Assembly: GCA_016219325.1 (NCBI GenBank)
Contig: JACRNH010000002.1
Location: forward strand, 3,862 to 67,861
Origin: Candidatus Collierbacteria bacterium
GTDB taxonomy: Bacteria > Patescibacteriota > Microgenomatia > UBA1400 > JACPES01
Reading direction: 5' to 3'
DNA length: 64,000 bases
The notes below the pieces were generated by a model that saw nothing but the letters and a program-made list of their open reading frames with translations, searched no databases and was not told the origin of the DNA. Shown here piece after piece: positions 58,718 through 64,000 of the stretch. The position numbers and the translations under genes are program-made. Within the stretch, counting starts at the first letter, position 1, and every line of letters starts with the position of its first letter.

Positions 58718-60024
58718 TTATTACTATAATTAGCTTTAATTCCTCGTAATATCATAAATGCATAAAGTGACGATTTTGAGTATGAGTCGATTAAGCTATT
58801 AATTAAAAAAAGCCAACTTGAAATAATCATCGCAATTAGATATGGCGTTGGTGAACTTTTCATCATGTGGACATCTGCTTTAAATATTTTCCAGGCTATC
58901 GTGAATAGTAGTATGGTTCCTATTAGTCCAAGTTCCATCAATGATTCAACAACAATGTTGTGTGATTCGGGAATAATATAATTGACTGTGGGTAATTTTC
59001 CGATAAACTTACCTGTCGTATTTAATAATACGAGTTCTGACGATTGAGAATATTGCGTAAAATTTCCGGTCCCAATTCCGATAATAGGATTATTCACAAA
59101 TAGAAGCATGCCTTCTTTGAGGAGGCTTATGTGTTCATAGGTAGTACTTAAGTCAAAGTCATTTTTCATTAATAATCGATCTAAAAGGTTGATTTTTAAT
59201 AGTTGCTTAGAGCTAAATAAAGAAAATGTAGTTACCGATATAAAAAGTAAAACAGCATACAAACGATTCGATAATGAAAATGTTTGATTTTTTTTCTGAG
59301 AGCAACCCAGAAAGAACAAAAAAGCGAATATCCCAATACTTGACGTGATTAAATGGCTGCGATAATTCCAGAATACAACCATTAATAGAATCATTGCAAA
59401 AGATGTTGCTCCAAAAATTTTCCAAAACCGATTTTTAGAAGCAAAAAATAGCGCCAGTGGAAAAAGGATGCTCATTTCTAGAGGGCTGACTTGAGACAGT
59501 CTTCCTTTTGATTTTTCAGCTAACTGGTAATACAATCCGAAATCTTTTAGTAAATAACTCCATATTTGAGACCATAGGTTTTCATTGATGAAGGCTGTTA
59601 TCGTTATCATAAATAGTATAATTCCTATGGCAATCATGATTGAGATAAATAACTTAAGTATCCATTTCTTAATTCCTTGAAAAGAAAAAATATATACCAA
59701 GCTAAAAGCTGTAATTAATCTCAATATTCGCTTGAGATTTATGATTGAGCAACAATTAAACATGCCATTGATAACAGTATATTGAAGGAAAATTAAAACC
59801 AGCAGATAAGTTTCCCCATTTAATTTTTTATGAATATTATTGGGTCGGATTTGTCGATAGATTGTAGTAGAAGCTATAATGAAAATTAAGAGATTTAAAA
59901 TAATATCTAGTTGTGTTGTCAATGAATGAAAAAATGATAGAAAAATAACGGTTGCAAAAGACATTTTTTCCAAATAACGAAAAATTATTTTACCTTTACC
60001 AACATTATCGTGTTCATGGTGCAT
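58714..60024 (-). CDS. Wzy-like O-antigen polymerase/ligase membrane protein
   Basis: 436 aa, at least 10 TM helices, and a large periplasmic loop typical of Wzy/O-antigen ligase. Confidence 0.4.
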   Translation of the reverse strand: MHHEHDNVGKGKIIFRYLEKMSFATVIFLSFFHSLTTQLDIILNLLIFIIASTTIYRQIRPNNIHKKLNGETYLLVLIFLQYTVINGMFNCCSIINLKRILRLITAFSLVYIFSFQGIKKWILKLFISIMIAIGIILFMITITAFINENLWSQIWSYLLKDFGLYYQLAEKSKGRLSQVSPLEMSILFPLALFFASKNRFWKIFGATSFAMILLMVVFWNYRSHLITSSIGIFAFLFFLGCSQKKNQTFSLSNRLYAVLLFISVTTFSLFSSKQLLKINLLDRLLMKNDFDLSTTYEHISLLKEGMLLFVNNPIIGIGTGNFTQYSQSSELVLLNTTGKFIGKLPTVNYIIPESHNIVVESLMELGLIGTILLFTIAWKIFKADVHMMKSSPTPYLIAMIISSWLFLINSLIDSYSKSSLYAFMILRGIKANYSNK

Positions 60025-60055
60025 AAAGTAAATTTTAACCTATTGACTTTTTATT

Positions 60056-61177
60056 ATGAAATCGTTTGATTTTATAAATCTTTTTTTATACGGTTTCCGT
60101 AATCTATTAGATAAGTGGATCTATCTTTATACCGGTTTATTTATCCCAAAGCCAATCAATTTTTATATTGTCCCGACCTTAAGATGCAATGCTAGATGCA
60201 AGATGTGTTTTATTTGGGCGCAAAAAGATCCAGAGTTAACGTATAGTTATTGGAGGATGGCTATTAACCAAATTGTTGGTTGGTGCGGCCCTGCGGCCAA
60301 AATTAACATTGCCGGAGGTGAGATTTTATATTCTTCAATGGCATTTAAACTGTTGCAATATTCTGCCAGGAAATCATTTATGACAGGTTTAACGTCTAAC
60401 GGATACTTGATAGATAAAAAAATGTCAGTAAAATTGATCGGTCTGAATCTTGCGAACATCAATATATCCTTAGATGGGATAAACGATAAAACTGTTAATT
60501 TTCTAAGAGGGAGGAGCGATTTTTTTGAGAAGACAATTAATGCAATTAAATTTTTGGTTGAAGAGAGAAATAAAAAAATGAGCAGAACTAAAATCATTAT
60601 CAAAACTACAATTATGGGTCCTAACATAAAAGAGATTTATGGATTGGTTGAAATGGCGCTTAAACTAGGTGTCGATAATGTATATTTTCAGCCAGTTCTC
60701 CCGCCATTTGAAGGAAATTGGACGGAGAATCAATTGAGATCCAGCGTTCTTTGGCCATCTCTGTCTGAGAGTGAAGTTAAAAATGAATTTAACAGGGTAA
60801 TCGGTCTTAAAAAAAAGATTAAAGGATTCATATTAAATTCAGAAGTTAGTTTGATAAGCATGATGAATTATCTCCTGGGAATTCCGCTAAAAATCGATCA
60901 TCCTCATTGCGAAATAGACTTAACAACTTTATTCTTTGAGCCCAGAGGCGCAATTAGATTTTGCAGTTATTATCAACCAATTGGACATATTAAAGACTTG
61001 CAAAAGATCAAAATTGAAGAAATGGTGAAAAAATCTCCCGCGCTAAAATTAAGGAAAACTATGCGTAAATGCGGCAAAAACTGTCTTGTGACGTGTATGT
61101 CTGACAAATCTATTTCGGATTATTTTAATATATTTTCAGCTTTAGTTGGATGGTCGTATAAACATAAGTCTGTTTAG
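60056..61177 (+). CDS. radical SAM enzyme with C-terminal Cys-rich SPASM/twitch-like region
   Basis: CNARCKMC (CxxxCxxC) and C-terminal FCSYY...KCGKNCLVTC. Confidence 0.55.
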   Translation: MKSFDFINLFLYGFRNLLDKWIYLYTGLFIPKPINFYIVPTLRCNARCKMCFIWAQKDPELTYSYWRMAINQIVGWCGPAAKINIAGGEILYSSMAFKLLQYSARKSFMTGLTSNGYLIDKKMSVKLIGLNLANINISLDGINDKTVNFLRGRSDFFEKTINAIKFLVEERNKKMSRTKIIIKTTIMGPNIKEIYGLVEMALKLGVDNVYFQPVLPPFEGNWTENQLRSSVLWPSLSESEVKNEFNRVIGLKKKIKGFILNSEVSLISMMNYLLGIPLKIDHPHCEIDLTTLFFEPRGAIRFCSYYQPIGHIKDLQKIKIEEMVKKSPALKLRKTMRKCGKNCLVTCMSDKSISDYFNIFSALVGWSYKHKSV

Positions 61178-61207
61178 AACAAAGGTTATCCGAGATGGTG
61201 AATTTTT

Positions 61208-62164
61208 TTGATTGCGATTAATAAACTCATGACAATTAGTGTTTTAATTACAACCAGAAATCGGGCGGAAATCTTAAAACGATGCTTAAAATCATTGGAG
61301 AGACAATCGACAAGGCCAAATGAAGTAATCGTAGTTGACAATGATTCTTCTGATAATACAAAAACAGTTATAAACAGTTTTAGATCGCTACGTATCCGAT
61401 ATTTGTTTGAGAAGAAAATCGGAATTGCATTTGGAAGAAATCGTGGATTAGCAGAGGCAAAAGGAAATATTTTGGCTTTTATTGATGACGATTGTATCGC
61501 GTCGCGAAATTGGATTAAAGAAATAGAAAAATCATTTAAAAAAAATGTTGATATTGTCGGGATTGTTGGCCGCAGTAAAAATATGTTTACGCAAAATCCT
61601 TATGCTTGCGCGGAACAATGTTGGTTTTTATATTGGTATTTAAAACATATTTCTATTTCAAATAAGGAAGAAATATTAAATGATGGGGAATTAATAAATT
61701 TTAAAAACATGGCTTTGCGGAAATCATTTATAAGGCAAACTCGATTTAATACTAAGTTGACAACTGGAAAATTTAGCGAAGAAGATACCGAAATCAGAAA
61801 GCGACTATTTAAAAAATTGAGATTGAAAGAAAAAATAACCTATCAGCCTAAAGTGATTGTCTATCATAAAAACAGATCCTCATTTTTGCAGTTATTATTG
61901 CGAAGATTTTATAAAGGAGTTGCGTTAGCCGAACTGTGCCAGAAAAAAAAGATAATAACGGTAAACTGTTTTAAGCGCCAATATTTGTTTTTGAAGTGGA
62001 TGAAAAGTATTGTTCCGGAAATGGAACGGTTGGATCATCTCCATGATCAAGTTTTATGTTTTTTTTGCATCCCGTTGCTGCCGATTTTTTCGAAAATAGG
62101 CTTTATTTTTTATTATGTTAGGCGCGCGCTTGGATTTCCGCTTTCAACTCAAAGCGATGGCTAA
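61208..62164 (+). CDS. GT2-family glycosyltransferase
   Basis: ISVLITTRNRAEILKRCLKSL...VIVVDNDSSDNT...FIDDDC. Confidence 0.6.
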   Translation: MIAINKLMTISVLITTRNRAEILKRCLKSLERQSTRPNEVIVVDNDSSDNTKTVINSFRSLRIRYLFEKKIGIAFGRNRGLAEAKGNILAFIDDDCIASRNWIKEIEKSFKKNVDIVGIVGRSKNMFTQNPYACAEQCWFLYWYLKHISISNKEEILNDGELINFKNMALRKSFIRQTRFNTKLTTGKFSEEDTEIRKRLFKKLRLKEKITYQPKVIVYHKNRSSFLQLLLRRFYKGVALAELCQKKKIITVNCFKRQYLFLKWMKSIVPEMERLDHLHDQVLCFFCIPLLPIFSKIGFIFYYVRRALGFPLSTQSDG

Positions 62165-62167
62165 TTT

Positions 62168-62962
62168 TTAGAGGTTTATTTTTATAATACTGGCTTCGCT
62201 GATTTCGAAAGTATCAAAATCGATCCACAGTTTTCTGCCGATTTTTACCGGTTGAACTCGATTGAAATAAATTAATCCGTTTTTCTCCACTACTTGAACT
62301 TCTAAATCAAGAGTAAGATCTACCCTAAGCGGATCGCGACGGGAAAGAATTTTTCCATCCGCGGTATAAGCAGAGGCTTCTGCCTGTTCGATTTTCTTGT
62401 TAATGATTTTAGCAGCCATATTCCCATTCTCGTCTTTTCTTGCTGATCCGATGCTAACGGCTTCTGCCTGCCATGATTTTATTCCGTACTGTTTGACGGT
62501 TATATTTACCATCTTATATTTAGTTTCTGGTTTTCCATCGATGCTGACTAAATTTCCGGATAAGCTAACGTGATCAGGTTTAACGGTTATGATCGAGCCG
62601 ATCGTTAATGGCTGCTGCTGGAACCGCCAACCGCCGTTTGATTTGTCTTCGGTAACTAAAAGCCTGATTTTGGCCCAAAGAATTTTGCTATAGTCTTCAC
62701 TATATCTGATTACCTCCAAAACCTCTGCTAATTTTTTTCCGCCAACTGAATATTCAATAGCTCCCGGAACAACCGCGTCTGCCAGCCAATAGGGGACTTT
62801 GGGTTGGGTTTGCCACCAATTATCGCCGGAAGCCATAATCTCCACTTCAATAAATTTATCCTCAGATAACCAAACCCTGATACTTAAAATAGATAAACTG
62901 ATTGCTATCCCTATAATCAGTAGAATTGAAATATTTTTTGAGTTGAATAATTTTGTTGACAT
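62168..62962 (-). CDS. hypothetical membrane-anchored protein
   Basis: Single N-terminal TM, then a probably extracytoplasmic domain. Confidence 0.3.
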   Translation of the reverse strand: MSTKLFNSKNISILLIIGIAISLSILSIRVWLSEDKFIEVEIMASGDNWWQTQPKVPYWLADAVVPGAIEYSVGGKKLAEVLEVIRYSEDYSKILWAKIRLLVTEDKSNGGWRFQQQPLTIGSIITVKPDHVSLSGNLVSIDGKPETKYKMVNITVKQYGIKSWQAEAVSIGSARKDENGNMAAKIINKKIEQAEASAYTADGKILSRRDPLRVDLTLDLEVQVVEKNGLIYFNRVQPVKIGRKLWIDFDTFEISEASIIKINL

Positions 62963-62990
62963 AATTTATTTTCCAGTATAACATCTGATT

Positions 62991-64000
62991 GTGCTGAAGG
63001 GTTTGACAGTTTTAATTTTATTGACTGCGGGAATATTGGGATTGACGTATTTTGCAGCCCCGAAGAAAAATCAACAAAGCTTACAGCCTAAAGTTTACTG
63101 GTTCATTCCTGACGGGATGCGGGCGGAACCGGGACTTTTCAATATCTATAAATGGGCGGAAGAAGGGAAACTCCCGAACATTAAAAAGATGATTGACGGT
63201 GGTTCTTACGGATATGCTAGGCCAAATTTTCCTTCTCACACCCCGACAAATTTTGCCACCCTTCTAACCGGAACTTATCCCGATGTTCATGGAGTAAACG
63301 ATGGGCCAATGCGGGCAATAGGAAAGCCTTTGGATAAAGTCGCCATAGGCGGATTCAGTTCTGTGGCTAAAAAAGTTCCGCCGATTTGGACCACGCTGGA
63401 GCAAGCCGGAATGACTGTGGCGTTATTGTCAATTCCCGGATCTACTCCGCCTGAACTGCAAAAAGGGTTTACTTTCCGCGGCCGCTGGGGCGGATGGGGA
63501 GCTGATTTTCATGCCCTTAATTTTGAAACTAAAGGGAATTTGAACCAAAGAATTTTGCAGGGCAGGGGAGCCAGGCTGTTTTATTTTGGACCGGAGTTAA
63601 CCCAGTATCCGGAAACTAAACCTGCCGATGGCTGGGCTTCATCGTTGGCAGAAGGAAGTTTTAGTCCGCCGTTGGAAATGGCTATGACCGGTTGGGGGAA
63701 AACGGTTTATGGCCTGATTATTGATTCAACCGATGATTCGGCTACGAATTACGACCAGATTATTTTTTCGTTTGATAAAAAAGAAAAGATAGCTCAAATG
63801 AAACAAGGCGGCCAAAGCGATTGGTTGCCGATACAACTGCAATGGAAAGTTAAAGACAGCTCTTTAAACGTTGATACCCGGTTTAATATAACTGTTATTA
63901 AGCTGGACAAAGATGGTTTTTTCCGTGTCAGATTTTTTTATAACAATTTAAATAAATACGTTGCCTCACCGGCCGAAGCCGCGGATAAATTGTTAGAAAA
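62991..64000 (+). CDS. alkaline phosphatase / nucleotide pyrophosphatase-family protein (partial, runs off the window)
   Basis: N-terminal TM, then WFIPDGMRAE, SHTPTNFATLLTGTYPDVHGV and the AlkP-core metal-ligand motifs. Probable GTG start; no stop within the window. Confidence 0.45.
   Translation, partial: MLKGLTVLILLTAGILGLTYFAAPKKNQQSLQPKVYWFIPDGMRAEPGLFNIYKWAEEGKLPNIKKMIDGGSYGYARPNFPSHTPTNFATLLTGTYPDVHGVNDGPMRAIGKPLDKVAIGGFSSVAKKVPPIWTTLEQAGMTVALLSIPGSTPPELQKGFTFRGRWGGWGADFHALNFETKGNLNQRILQGRGARLFYFGPELTQYPETKPADGWASSLAEGSFSPPLEMAMTGWGKTVYGLIIDSTDDSATNYDQIIFSFDKKEKIAQMKQGGQSDWLPIQLQWKVKDSSLNVDTRFNITVIKLDKDGFFRVRFFYNNLNKYVASPAEAADKLLE

Overview
This 64 kb window looks like a low-GC (about 40%), gene-dense bacterial chromosome segment with a Patescibacteria/CPR-like flavour, read with the standard code (TGA is used as a stop, e.g. 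mreD and mrdA). Supporting that flavour: a short EF-Ts, tsf next to frr with no pyrH between them, a FemAB-family protein, a PaaX-like regulator, a 'four-helix-bundle' protein, and many orphan ORFs. All calls below come from reading the translations and the DNA by eye; no searches were run.

Recognisable core genes:
- Translation: rpmB, fmt, def, rpsB, tsf, frr.
- One-carbon metabolism: glyA, folD.
- Cell shape and wall: mreB (one strand) with mreC, mreD and mrdA on the other; murF-like ligase; femAB-like protein.
- DNA: dprA, topA.
- Membrane proteases: an M50 protease and RseP.
- A pyrimidine dNTP cluster: dCMP deaminase, a divergent ThyA-like protein with a long N-terminal extension, a HAD phosphatase, a dCTP-deaminase-like protein and tmk.

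Accessory content:
- Two VapBC-type toxin-antitoxin pairs.
- An AbiEii/AbiEi pair followed by an island of unknown genes.
- A polysaccharide locus at the 3' end with GT2/GT4 glycosyltransferases, an epimerase, a Gfo/Idh/MocA oxidoreductase, a Wzy-like polymerase, a radical-SAM/SPASM enzyme and a DegT aminotransferase. It opens with an HprK-related kinase, a PqqD-like protein, an S24/S26-type peptidase and a PF14907-like nucleotidyltransferase.

The most unusual feature is the sheer number of short repeat families: about 130-bp 'TTATCGGTTTTCGG' palindromes, GGCC-rich palindromes, 'AACAATGAGCAGAAAA' elements, TGAATNY heptamer runs, and several smaller hairpin families. Many copies sit inside essential genes in frame (topA, mrdA, folD, rpsB, def, fmt, murF, rseP, femX, dCMP deaminase), adding extra peptide segments without breaking the ORF. 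This recalls the in-frame palindromic elements of Rickettsia.

Two genes look disrupted: a GT2 gene split by a perfect 73-bp tandem duplication, and an adenosine-deaminase-family gene with a frameshift in an A-rich run.
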